Positions 36,180-47,830 of a DNA stretch of 62,601 nt are shown here, one piece after another. The stretch spans positions 3,123,696 to 3,186,296 of the forward strand of contig MU058540.1 of the NCBI GenBank assembly GCA_013265495.1, written 5' to 3'. Made by a program: the position numbers and the translations under genes. The notes under the pieces were generated by a model. The model was not told where the DNA came from and searched no databases. It saw only the letters and a list, made by a program, of their open reading frames with translations. Origin of the DNA: Vicugna vicugna. Its lineage: Eukaryota. How positions within the stretch are numbered: position 1 is the stretch's first letter; each line of letters begins with the position of its first letter.

Positions 36180-36520
36180 AAATGTCTGCTTTCCATTATC
36201 ATCACCACTATCACCGTAATTCAGGCAGTAACCTCTCACCCCTAGATTGTATCGTTGCTTGTAATGGAATCTGCTCTGCTAAACTCTTTCCCTTCCTGCA
36301 TCCAACACAGATTCATCTTCTTAAATTGAATGTATCCACGCTCTACTCAGAAACTTTCTCTGCTCGCCAAGGCAGGGTGTGAAGAGGTGTGTGCTAGCAT
36401 AGTGCCTGGGCCGGGTAGTCACCCTCTCCCTTCCCTTTTTCTTTAGATCCATAAAATGAAATTCAAACTCTCTAGATGGCATTTAAAGCTCTCCAAAATC
36501 TGAACCTAATTAACATTCAA
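36180..36520 (+). mobile_element. L2 relic
   Basis: caggcagtaacctctcacccctagattg...cttcctgcatccaacacagattcatcttcttaaa; ataaaatgaaattcaaactc...ggcatttaaagctctcc. Confidence 0.55.
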
Positions 36521-36929
36521 TCTGTAACACCCCCCATTGCACCTTCCCCACACACACATATTTAAAAGACCACTTTCCAGTAATAACCTCGACTTTGCTA
36601 ACATGGTCTCAAGGCAAATGCCTTGGGCAGTAGCAGGGGTGCAATAAATTCCTCTGGGTGTGTTTCGGTTCTTCTTCGGATTTAAATTTCTCATGGAAAA
36701 AAAATAACAAATGGAACTTCAGGCTTGGTTCGGTTTATGCAGGAATGTCTTGCTTAGAACACTATGCGGAGACAGAGAAGGTCAAGGCCAAATGGGTGAG
36801 CTCCCAAGAGTGTCCCCTTGGACAGGAGGGGGTTTGGACATGCACACTCAGACACATACTTGAGAAAAGAGTGCACCCCTCCAAAGAAAGCTACCAAAAA
36901 AAGAAAGAAAAAGGGAAAAGAACAAGCTG

Positions 36930-37140
36930 AGAATAGAGTGCAGTGATTAAGAACACAGATGCTTCCTAACCTGGGCAGCTAATATCCTAACTTCTCTCTA
37001 AACCTCAGTTTTCTCACCTGTAAAATGGTGTTAATAATACCTATCTCAAGGTTCTTGTATGAAGAAGGAGACGTGAGGAAAGCACTTAGCAGACTGCCTG
37101 GCACATAGTCAGTTGTATAAATGTTAGCTTTGGTGATGGT
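36930..37140 (+). mobile_element. MIR SINE
   Basis: aacctcagttttctcacctgtaaaatggtgttaataatacctatctcaaggttcttgt...gcctggcacatagt...aaatgttagct. Confidence 0.85.
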
Positions 37141-37189
37141 GGTGATATAGGCTGACACCTGCAAAAGTTGTCCTTTGCATAAAAAGAAG

Positions 37190-37565
37190 CTGGCTTTCTG
37201 TGGAACGTGCTCCAAGCACCCTGATCTGGCTGTGCTCACTCCGGCCTTTGGACCTTTGCTCCAGCTCCTCTCTCAGTCTGGAATGTACTCTCCCCGCCTC
37301 ATATCTCCAGACTCAGCTCAAAGGACACCTTCCCAGTGCGGCACCCCCAGACCAGCAGAACGAATCCCTCCCTCTGTTAAGGGAGCACAGCTCTATGATA
37401 GCAGTTCTCACGCTGTATGTTAATGCTGTGGCCATGCTGGTCTCCAGAGTCAGAATGTTCACTTCTTGATTATTAGCTTTGGAATTCTCAGTGGCCAAAA
37501 GAGTCCCAGATCTAGCCCGCCCATATGGGTGCTCAGTAAGCGTTTATGGAAGGAATGAACAAAGA
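37190..37565 (+). mobile_element. L2 3' region relic
   Basis: ctggaatgtactctcccc...agactcagctcaaaggacaccttccc; end ggtgctcagtaagcgtttatggaaggaatgaa. Confidence 0.6.
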
Positions 37566-38276
37566 ATGTACAAAGGAGCAGCTTATCCCCAACGGTACCT
37601 GTATGGCTTCACACCCAATCCACCCACCTGGCCTCTCAACCCTCAACCCTTACCAACACGTGCTGGAGAAGAACCAGCAGTCCCGGAGGATCCTGGAGCC
37701 TAACAGGGTACTACTGCATTTTCAGCTGCTGCCTCCACCCCACCTCGTGTGACCTGCTGACCAGATGCCACAAGGAACATGACTCAGTGAGCCCAGTGGA
37801 TAGTTTAGTACCCAAACTGCAGAATTCAGTTATAGACTAGAGCCCGAACTGCCACTCTAGGAAATGTCTGCAAATCAATCTGTATAATGTAGTTTATCAA
37901 TAAGAGCAATTTGGTGGACTTGCATCCTCTTTTGCTCCTAGGTAATCTCAGGGGAACAAAATCATAACTGATTACTTGGAATTTTTATCCAGTACTCATG
38001 AAAGACACAAAGGATCCTGATTCTTCTCCCTACACTGAGCCCCAATCCTGAGCACCCACTGTGAGATAAGGGGTCAAATTCAAAGGTACAGTCTGTGGTC
38101 TTGAAACAGGACAAAGATAGTGGGTTCTCACAGGAATAAAGCCAATGACCTTAGTCTTGTTAGCACCCGTTACATCCAGGTGAACTTGTGGGCCACAGCC
38201 AGAGCTTCAGGGTTGCTTGCTGGAGATATAATGCAGGGGGCAATATGGGAGAGGTGATACAAGAGATGAAGATTGT

Positions 38277-38407
38277 GGGGAGGGTATAGTTCAAGTGACA
38301 GAGCACATGCTTAGCATGCATGAGGTCATGGGTTCAATCCCCAGTACCTCCTCTAAAAATAAGTAAATAAACCTAATTACGTCCCTCCCCCTGCCAAAAA
38401 CAAAAAC
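38277..38407 (+). mobile_element. Vic-1-type tRNA-derived SINE, full length with TSD
   Basis: ggggagggtatagttcaagtgacagagcacatgcttagcatgcatgaggtcatgggttcaatccccagtacctcc...aaataaacctaattac; TSD aagagatgaagattg / aagagttgaagcttg (13/15). Confidence 0.92.
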
Positions 38408-39029
38408 AAGAGTTGAAGCTTGATCTGCAGTCAGATTTGAATCACTTTAGGGATTAGCACATTGGAATATACAAGTATGTAAGTCTCAGAGCCTCAGTTG
38501 CATCATAAACATAATGAGGATGTTAACCTAAGTCAGAGGATGGAGGTAGGAGCAGTAAATGTGATCATGTAAAATGTGTGGTGCAGCGCATACGGGTGCT
38601 TCCACAATAAAAGGTACAAGCCGGAGTAATAGTGGTCTAAGGGTGTATGTATGTCTGTGGGTTGGGAAGGGAGAAGGGAAGGGTGGCTGCTCTAGGATGG
38701 ATGCTGGTCTCCAAAGGCAAGAGCAAGGGGAGGGAATGAAGTGAGAGGTGGCTTTCAAAGGTGATGAAACCATCTATTCCAGAGTCCAGGAATTATCTGT
38801 TCATTTAACTGCCCCCACCTTCCTAACCACGCATCCCTGCCTTGTTCAGGGCCTGCTCCAGTAGATCCCAGATCCCTCAGGGAGCCTGGGAGAGTCACCC
38901 AGTTATGGTTTTATGTTTTAAGATCTGGAGGGAAATGTTAGACGTCATTAAATCCCATTGTGTCATTTTACCAGTGAGGGAACTGAGGCCTGGAGACACT
39001 TCTCAAGGATAATGTTCTCCTAGTCTTAC

Positions 39030-39125
39030 CTCTGCTACTAATGTGCTGTGAGGCCTTGGGCAAGTCACTTTGCCTCTCTGAGCCTCCAGTTTCCTCCTCT
39101 GTAAAATGGGGGCTTGCAGTATTCC
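39030..39125 (+). mobile_element. MIR SINE
   Basis: ccttgggcaagtcactttgcctctctgagcctccagtttcctcctctgtaaaatggggg. Confidence 0.8.
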
Positions 39126-40084
39126 GACTTCGATTTAAAGTTCCCTTCAACTCCAGTCTTTGCTGTATTAAAATAATGGTTCCCTCTACCACTCTCAGGT
39201 TTAGACATTAGATTAACTCATTCCCCCAGCACACTCCCAGCCTCACATACAACAGTCAAGAAAAAAACATATTTGGATAACTTGAGCTCACTTGACTGTA
39301 ACCAAGTGCTGGTTTTCAGCAGGGCTAAGGACAAGAAGAGATCGGCCACCCAGAGGAGGCTGGTGGTTCCCAGACGCCTGCCGGGTGTGCCCAGCCTCTG
39401 TGATCTCGTCCCTGCAGGGCTCCCAAGAGCTGGCAGTGCAGTGGGGATGAATAAGGCCAGCGATCGCACCTTACATGGCCATCCCCAAGGCTGCCTGGAA
39501 TCCCTGGGATTACGCAGACTTCTGGAAGATTTGGAGCAAGTGCACATCACCTGCTGCCTCCACAAGTGTGCCTGGGTTTCTGCAGCCTCCGTCTTGTGAC
39601 TGAGGAATTTTTAAATGGAAGCTCTGAGCTCACAAAGAAGAAAATGTCTCCCTGATGTCACACAGTTGCTGCCAATTCATCAGTGCAAGCTAAAGGTCAG
39701 AGAGGGGGAAGCCACTGCTCCAGGGTCCCGTGGCTGCTCCCTCAGATGGGGCTTCCCTTCCAGCAGGCTTCCCGCCAGCCACCAGGGCCAACCCAGGGGA
39801 AGCCAAGCCGAGGGCTGTTTGCATTTCCAGGGCACGCACAGAGGCAGTTCTAACTCCACTTAGCTGCTTCTGCACTTCCCTTCTCAGACATTAACCACTT
39901 CGTCCTCCCAGCCCTCTCTTGCCACCACTTTCTGTAGACAGCCTGCACCTTGGAACCTTGATACAATGCTGTCCTGTGGGGCCTTCCTGGGATCACTTCA
40001 GGGGTAAAACCAAATTGCATGGAGGTTCTTTTGGTATTTTAATAGCTAAAGGCAGTGATCAAAGAGCAAGACTAGGAGCCGCAG

Positions 40085-40450
40085 GGCCAAGGATGACAGC
40101 TTGGTTCCACTGCTTCCCAGTAGTGTGACATTTGCAAGTTATTTAACCTCTCTGAGCCAGCTTCCTGACCTGGAAGATGAGGATAATAAGAGTATTTACC
40201 TCATGGTGTTGCTGAGAATTCAGTGTGAAGCACTGATACAGAGCCTGGCATGAAGTGAGTTCTCAATGAATGTCAGCTTGGAAGTAATACTCCCAGCTAT
40301 AACTGGACGAGTTACTTAATCCTTGAGTCTTAATTTCCTCATTGTCCATCGGAGATAGGCTGATATGTGATTGACAGGGTCGCTGTGAGGATTCAGAATA
40401 GAAAGCAATTAACACAGCACCTAGCACGGGAAAAATAAACGGTGACTGCT
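40085..40450 (+). mobile_element. Two adjacent MIR relics
   Basis: caagttatttaacctctctgagcc...tacctcatggtgttgctgagaatt...; second copy gagttacttaatccttgagtcttaatttcctc...gctgtgaggattca. Confidence 0.7.
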
Positions 40451-42354
40451 GGGACTATTATCTCCATCAATCAAACTGTGATCTGTAGGGAAGCCTCGAT
40501 GTATTCATTATAAAGCCCTTCTCAGAGCCTGACCCAGTCCTTGGCCCCCTACAAGTTGTCATCCAGGGCTAAAAGACGAGACATATGAAAAGCATGTATA
40601 TGATCAAACATGGACAAAGAAAAAAAATTTTTTTAATTAGTTGTAGAGTTTTTCCTTCTTTGGGGGACTGTTTTCAATTCCAGCTGAAGTCTCCAGGGAG
40701 AAGAGAGGGATGAAAAGAAAAAGTTACATGAGTAAGAGAGAAGGGATTAACTGGATGACAGCAAGGAGATAGTAGATGGAAAATGAAGTGACGTCAAGGA
40801 GGAGGAGGCTGAAATAACTGAGTAATAAGATAGCAGTGGATTTCTCTAGAGTTGGGAGGCACCACAGGCTAGCTCTCTACTTCAAATGTAAGGAATAGGC
40901 CTGGAAAGACAATGGCAACCAACCTGGGAACCAACCACAGCCTCGGCTGCTCAGCGTGACTCACTGTGCCTGCAGGTCTCCCTCTCAGGTCCCCTCACGG
41001 CCCCCCAACAGACTCCTGCAAGGTGCCCCCTCAGATCCTGTCTGCTGTCAACCCTGCCTGCCCCGCCTCTCCCGGGTTTCCACTCCCCTCCCATCTAATG
41101 GTACCGGGAAGTTCTAGATGAACTGTGATAAAGGTGAATGTGGGCTTCTCTTCTGGGCTCCTCTCACCATGACCCAAACAGGTGTGCCCGGGGAAGGAAA
41201 CACCTCTTTCCCTGTGTTTACCCCTCCTCAGCCTCTTCCCATCAGTCTTTCCTCTTTCCCTTAAGACAAAGGTGTCCAAGACTCTCAGTTTTACCTTTTC
41301 ATGGGGCATTAACATTTTACTGACAAGATCTAGAGATTCGACATAGATATATCCTATTCTGTAAACACTTCTTAAGCCTATACCCAATTTCCAGGCACTA
41401 TTCTAGGCTCTTCCACTTCCTCACAACTGCCCTACTACTGCGGGCTGAGGCATCAGCTTTCCACGATGCTTCCCATGGAAAACCTGGGAGAATCACAGTG
41501 CCCGACTCTCCCCACCCTCCTGCCCTTCAGATCCAGGCAATGGCCAAGAGTTGTGAGGTCCTGTGTCTCTTGTATCTGCTGGGCCCCTTACCTTAGCCCT
41601 TCCTTGTCTGTTACCCTATTCACAGATGCCCCTGCCTCCAGCCTTACCTTCTTCTCCTATCCTACACAGCTGCCTCTTCTTCCTCAAAAGCCCCCTTCAT
41701 CATTCTATTCCCCCAACTCCAGATCCTTCAATGGTTTCCCCCCAAATTTCATTTGAGATTCTCATAACCCTGCCCCAGTTCTCTGGAGTGGATATGTTCA
41801 TAGGGCCCTGCCTTACCCATGACAGAGCTTTCAGAGAGGGAAGGAGGGGGCTCTCAGAGTACCAGTCTGACCAGAGGGGCTATGTACACAGGAGGGCTGG
41901 TGCAAGGTGGCCGGGGTGAAAATCTGAATCATAGTCAATGAGGGCAGCCAAATTCCTATCTGGGAAATCAGGGCAGTCTGAAGGGTGAGGCCAAGCTGTA
42001 AACAGAATGAGTAATGAGGTCAGAAGCTGGTGGGGACCAGAGTCATGTCTAGATGCAGTTCAAGGAAATGGAAATGGTACAGGACTGAAGCTGTGCACTG
42101 AATTATAAGAAGGTACTGGAGACCTGCTTCACTGCTTTACGTGGGGATGGGATGGGAGGAGCAGCCCTCGAACTCCCCCTTCCCTCTGGCTTCGCTCTTT
42201 GGTCTTTCCTGTGTGTGTGTAAGGCCCTATCTTCCCTGCTGCCTACAGTTTCACACCCTTCACATGCCCCCAGCACTGCTGAGACTTGTCCAAGGTTGCA
42301 AGGTGGTGGATGTGGAAACAGAGCTACATCTCCCACCTAACAGGGGACGTGCTC

Positions 42355-42580
42355 CAGAGGCAAGCTTTAACTCATGTTCGTAGGTTGGCAGACTGCTTCC
42401 CATCTCCGTGTCGCAGATTCCTCATTTGTAAACGAAGGATAATAATAACACTACTTCGTAATAGTGTTATATAATAATCACACTAGTATGACGATTAGCC
42501 AAGCAAATATTTGTAAAATGCTTACAACAGTGCTTGGCACATGGTAAATGCTGTATAAGTGTTAGTTAAACAAAAATAAG
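42355..42580 (+). mobile_element. MIR SINE
   Basis: ttcctcatttgtaaacgaaggataataataac...gcttacaacagtgcttggcacatggtaaatgct. Confidence 0.8.
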
Positions 42581-42918
42581 GTGCCCAGATGGTAAATAAG
42601 GCCAGTACTCAAAGTCAGTTCTAATTTTAACATTCGAGCCCTTAGATCCTCCACCACTAAGGTCAACAGCAGGTTACAATGGACTAAGTTGACTAGAGGA
42701 CTTTCAAAAATTAATTTTCATTTCAACTAAGAATAGAAAAACGTGCTGATAGCTTATTTTACTTGGGCACACAGGAAATATCACTTGAGTGACTATCCTT
42801 ACCTGTTCTTAGGAAACCACTAAGAAATCCAGAAGGACCAGTGCAAATAATAGTACCTATCCCAAATTTAATAGACTTTGCAAAAAAAGAAATGTTAGAC
42901 TTAGAAAATGACTGTGGA

Positions 42919-43042
42919 GGGGAGGGTATAGCTCAGTGGTAGAGCACGTGCTTAGCAGGCACGAGGCCCTGGATTCAGTCCTCAGTATCTCCATTAAAAA
43001 ATAGGTAAATAAATAAACCTAATTACCTCCCTCCCAAAAAAA
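42919..43042 (+). mobile_element. Vic-1-type tRNA-derived SINE, full length with TSD
   Basis: ggggagggtatagctcagtggtagagcacgtgcttagcaggcacgaggccctggattcagtcctcagtatctcc...; TSD agaaaatgactgtgga (42903-42918) / agaaaacgactgtgga (43043-43058). Confidence 0.93.
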
Positions 43043-43949
43043 GAGGTAAAAAAGAAAAGAAAAGAAAACGACTGTGGACCTCATGAAGAAACAGGAATTA
43101 AGGAAGCTAAATTGAGTCTGGCCAAGTTCAAGGCTACGGCTCATGTTGGAAAGGTAGCTGAGAGCAGATAATGCAAAGAGAAGGAAATAGTATCATATTT
43201 CTCTTTTGCAAAACAGTCGAGGGGAGGGTGTTTGGAAAGCAGAGGGAGAATGTGACTGTACGGATTGTAAAATGATTTTAAAAAATGGACTCAGTGTAGT
43301 TACAGTTGAGTAGCATTCAAAGAAGAGAGTGCATAAGTCCGCCCCAGCTCTCTATCAACCAGAAATCTTTATTAACTGAACGTCTCTCACAACTACAGTA
43401 TAGCACTAATAGATGTTCGAAAATGATGACCCTGAGACTGCAGAACAGCTTTCTGAAACAAAGGGAAAAAGATTAAATGAAGCTTGGTATGGTTTGTGAC
43501 AAATGTATTTTATTGCATTCTAATTTTTCCAAAACAAGCAATATTTTTGTCAGCTGTAGTATATGGTGATTTATATGCCATCTAATAACTTTCTACCCAT
43601 CATACTATGAGAACAATACGTTGCTTGATGATGGTGGGTATCAGGGTTGAGTAAGTATTCCGTTTCTCTAAATATGCTTTTCCTTGCTTCCTTGTTCTCA
43701 CCCCCTTCCCTTTATGCCTGTCTCTGCTAGAACAGGATTTTGTTCTAGGTCCAGACTTGACCCAATGGTCTTATACTATTTTTATTCTTCCCTTAAAAAG
43801 AGGGTGTCCCTGGCCTCTTAGAAACCACTTACCCTTACTCGAACAAGTTTCACACTCAGGGTGCAGGTTCTGAGGTGGGTGCTCTCTTGCTCGTAACAGG
43901 CAAGAAAGGACACTGCCCTGGGTAGAATTTTTAAAAATAAACGCATCTC

Positions 43950-44700
43950 TTGGAAGGTAGTGTCCTCAGAGAGCAGGGCCACGACAGCTGAGTGGTGTGG
44001 AGCATGTGGCTTAATTCAAACAGAAACAGATCCTGCCAGGTGGCCCAGGGACTCCCTAGAACACAGAGCAGAATGGCCAGGGTGCCCGCAGGTCCCCGGA
44101 TCCCGCCCCACACGCCAGGTTCTCCCGCCTTTTCTAATCACCGTCCCATTCCTCTCGCTCCCCTTAGCAGCCTGCAGCTCAGGGCTCTGCATACCACAGG
44201 GGTCAGACACAAATAAAATCCATACATGGACTCTATTCTCGGGTCACAGAATTTGGTTAACGACTCAGACTGAAGATGGCTCTGGCTCCCACCTCCCTTC
44301 CCCACCACAAAATCTCTGCCGGTAAACACCAGTCACTTAGTAACACCCCCAATCAATCGCCTTTGGGCTATTATTCATCACCGACTAACCTTAAACCAAC
44401 TTCTCTTCACAGGCCTCCCCCCAGAAGAGAGGAAATTCCACAGCACTGATGTGATGGGAAACGTGATCTGCACTCTTTCTTTCTCACTCTCCCCGGCCAG
44501 TTCCCAAACTGGGTTTCCCTGGTCCCCCTGGAAGCGGCCTTCTCCTCTCCCCTCTCCTCCCTCCTCCCTCTCCCTCTCCATTTTACACACTGTAACCTGA
44601 TAGGCTGGAAAGTCAGCTTCTTTCATCTTCCATTTCCCACATCCTGAAAGTCTGTAGAGAAGGAGCCCACCCAGATAAAGGAATTCCAAGTATGTGCACC
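43950..44700. promoter_or_regulatory. GC-rich unique segment, putative enhancer/minor promoter
   Basis: GC box CCCGCCCC 44102-44109; CCAAT ~44349; NF-kB-like GGAAATTCC 44430, GGGTTTCCC 44511, GGAATTCC 44680; AGATAA 44673; pyrimidine tract 44538-44579. Function is inferred. Confidence 0.4.
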
Positions 44701-46074
44701 CCCCTCCCCCTTTAACTCCATTCACAAAGCAGATTACTAATGGCCCGAAGCTCCAGGGAGGCCCTACCCCACTCCCCACCCCTGGCCTCCAAAGAGTTTA
44801 CTCATCCACATCCTTCTCACTGGCACAAAAGCCCAAGTCCACAGGCCCAGAACCAAAAATTAACTTTTCCCCGGACTCGGATCCTAGGGAATGCTTTCAG
44901 ACTGCACCCCAGTTGGGACTGCAACGGCTACGAGATTCTGTCTACCATTCATCTGTGCCCTCTCAGGCATTTCGAGATAAGAGGGCTCAGGGAAAATGTG
45001 TCATTGGATCAGGGGAAAAGATATAAATGTAACATGTGATGTTTCAAGGAGACACGCTCATGTCTTTGGGAAAGATCACAGACTGTTCTAATCCAGAGAC
45101 ATTCCTTTGTGACAGAAATTGTTTTGAGGCCAGAGGAAAATATGCTTTATTTGAGGGGCTAGGCAAAGATTGGGTGTGTGTGTGGGTGTGTGTGCGTGTC
45201 TGTCTTGGGGAGGGAAGTTCTGTTAACATTTTTGTTAATACATTTCTTGAGTTGAAATATCCTATTGTCATTCCTCACTACCTGGAAATCAGCATTTACA
45301 AAACATGCCCCCTGGGTCAGTTCTTTATTTGCCTCATCCAGAGTTCTGTCACTGCCTGCCTGCTTCTCTGACCTCAGCCTCAAAGGTTAGGAAGTACCCC
45401 CCAAGCATCCCCTTTCATTAAGGATGAAAAACTATCTTATCCATCCTTTAGGGATGGTGTAAAGCTGTTTTGAATCTGTACCAGCTCAGGGATAATCAGT
45501 CCCTTGAATTTACTAATCACTGTATGGAAAAGGATTTCCTATATCAAGGAGTGCTCCCCAGTCCTGATATCAGGGAGTATCTTTAGTAGATTATTGATCC
45601 ATATCATCTTTGCAATTCACAGGATCACAGGATAGTTGGCTAACTTGCTCAGTGCTCTAGTATTGGACCAAAAATATGCGAATGGCCAGGCCAATGTGAG
45701 TGCATTGGGTCATGCATTCAATAGATCTAATTTTTGCCCAGAAAGTCTCCTGGAATTTCAAGAAGAATTTGAGAGGCCAGACCTGGAAGATGCAGTAACA
45801 AGGATAAGAAATAACAGACTGTGGCAGAACAGCCACATGGCAGCTCCTTAGTTCATCCCTATGGTGCTGAGGAGAAATCTGTACTGTAGCTCAGCTCCAG
45901 GACTGGCCCATGTTTGCAGTCCTCATGTAAGAGCAGCCTGCTCCGATATCTAGCTGGTAACAGGCTCCTACATGGGTTCAGCCTCCCTAGATAGAAGCAC
46001 CATGAAGGGATGCCTGCAGCTCGGAGCAGGTATTATTCTCTGAGGCTCAGTTTCCTGTTCTATAAAATACTAAT

Positions 46075-46228
46075 CCTTGCTAATCAAAGTGTGGTCCCCA
46101 GACCGGCAGCAAGTTTTCACCCGGGAGCTAGTTAGAAATGCAGGATTTCAGGCCCCACCCTGAAACCTACTGCATTTGAACAGGAACCCCAGGTGATCCC
46201 TGTGCACATTACAGTTTGAGATGCTGTG
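46075..46228 (+). mobile_element. MER5A1-type MITE
   Basis: ctaatcaaagtgtggtccccagaccggcagc...gctagttagaaatgcaggatttcaggccccacc...caggtgatccctgtgcacattacagtttgaga. Confidence 0.8.
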
Positions 46229-46379
46229 GCCTAGACTCAGGATCTCCAAGGTCTTCTTTCTAGTTCTGAAATTGTCTGAACTCATTAAGTGGTTTCCAAG
46301 GAAGTTTTTCTTCTCTAATAAATAGTTTTCCTCCTTTCTTATGCCTCCACTCTTGGCACTTACTATCTCCCCTGCCAAG

Positions 46380-46545
46380 GAACTCAAATTTCAGTAAGCA
46401 TCAGATGTGCATGAAGAGCTTGTTTAAGATGCAGATCCTGAACTCCATCAAGAAATGCAGAGTAGGACTGCTGTGGGACCAGAGATTCTGCATTTCAGCT
46501 AGCTTCCTCCTGGTAGATCTACAGATTATGGTCCCCAAATTACAT
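46380..46545 (+). mobile_element. MER5A/B relic
   Basis: gcatcagatgtg...gagcttgtttaagatgcagatcctg...gagattctgcatttc. Confidence 0.6.
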
Positions 46546-47447
46546 TAAATTTTTTTATTATGGAAAAAAATTTTAGCATACAAAAGATAGAAAAAATAGT
46601 AATAATAACAAATCATTTTTCAATACCCGGCTTCAGCAATGATCAACTCCAGGACAATTCTATTTCACTCACATTACATTGGAAAGACTTTGGCATGTAG
46701 ATCTTCCCAATCTTCGTTCCCTGCTTCCAGCCTTTTAAGGCTCAGTTTATTCTCCCCAAGGACAAGAGTTGTGTGATAGTCTTGGAATCCCCAGTACCTA
46801 ATACTGTGCTTAGCACATGCAGACACTCAGTACGTGAATACAATAATACACTGAAAAGAACTCTGAAGTAAAACATAAACTGGAGGTTTAAACTGGAGAT
46901 AAACAGGGATTATCTGACCTCTCATTTTTTCAGTTCTTTGCCTGTGATTCCTTACTCAGTTGGAGAAACTACAGCTTCAAGATGCATCTTTCCCAGTGAA
47001 AGAATCAAGAAAAAGTTTCCAGAAGTCCTGGTTCACATCCCTTTCCTTCTAGTCTCAACATTAAAAAAAAAAAAAAGATTTTGTGTCTGTGTGTGTGTGG
47101 TAAGGGAGAGGGTAGGAAAATACCTCTGGGGCATGAGGATGTTGTCTCATGGCCTTTGTTTTACTCTTTAACCTGGTAATAAATCTCTTAAAGCTCCTGT
47201 GGTATTCAGAATATCCTGGACATGGCAAGGTCTTCCCACAGTTGTGAAAGGAATTCAGGTTTACTAAGTGAACGGAGCACTGATATCCCAAAGGCACAGT
47301 CCTGCTCTTGTCACCTATTTGCTAATTATAAAGGCTAAATATGAGATGGGTCTGCTAAGGAACAGGGGGAGAGTAAGGGACGGCAGGACCAAACTGAGAA
47401 CAGAACTCTGCAGTTCCAAAACTCAGCACAACAATCAGGGGATGAAG

Positions 47448-47579
47448 NNNNNNNNNNNNNNNNNNNNNNNNNNNNNNNNNNNNNNNNNNNNNNNNNNNNN
47501 NNNNNNNNNNNNNNNNNNNNNNNNNNNNNNNNNNNNNNNNNNNNNNNNNNNNNNNNNNNNNNNNNNNNNNNNNNNNNNN
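47448..47579. other. Assembly gap (132 N)
   Basis: N run. Confidence 1.
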
Positions 47580-47639
47580 ATTCAGCCATCCACCCAACCA
47601 AAAAAAATGTTGCAGGAGCAACATGAAACCTTTTAAAAC

Positions 47640-47830
47640 ATAGCGTACGGTAAGCTGAAGAGGAGAGTGAGTGGCTGGGTGCGAGTTCTCCTCGTGGAGC
47701 GTGTGTTTGTGTGCACGCGCGTGTGTTCTTAAATGCCGCTTTTCTCAGATTTACCGCTGCAGCATCTTGGATCTGTCAGAAGACAGGAAAAGAGAGAAGG
47801 AGCACACGCTCCGGCGATTAACTCAGCATC
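47640..47830. promoter_or_regulatory. Small CpG-rich unique element (candidate lncRNA 5' region or enhancer)
   Basis: I count about 13 CpG in 47641-47820 in otherwise CpG-poor sequence; splice-like signals present (see findings). Confidence 0.35.

Noticed and set aside
38277-38350. tRNA-like heads (also 36060-36125, 42919-42990, 52223-52300)
   Set aside because: They are SINE heads: followed by the SINE body and A-rich tail, flanked by TSDs in most copies, and lacking a full cloverleaf.
43423-43455. ATGATGA...CTGA box C/D-like motifs
   Set aside because: Only ~30 nt between the boxes, no terminal stem and no host intron evident; too short for a C/D snoRNA.
45636-45851. 71-aa ORF (ANLLSALVLDQKYANGQANVS...)
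   Set aside because: TTG start, no recognised homology and no exon context.
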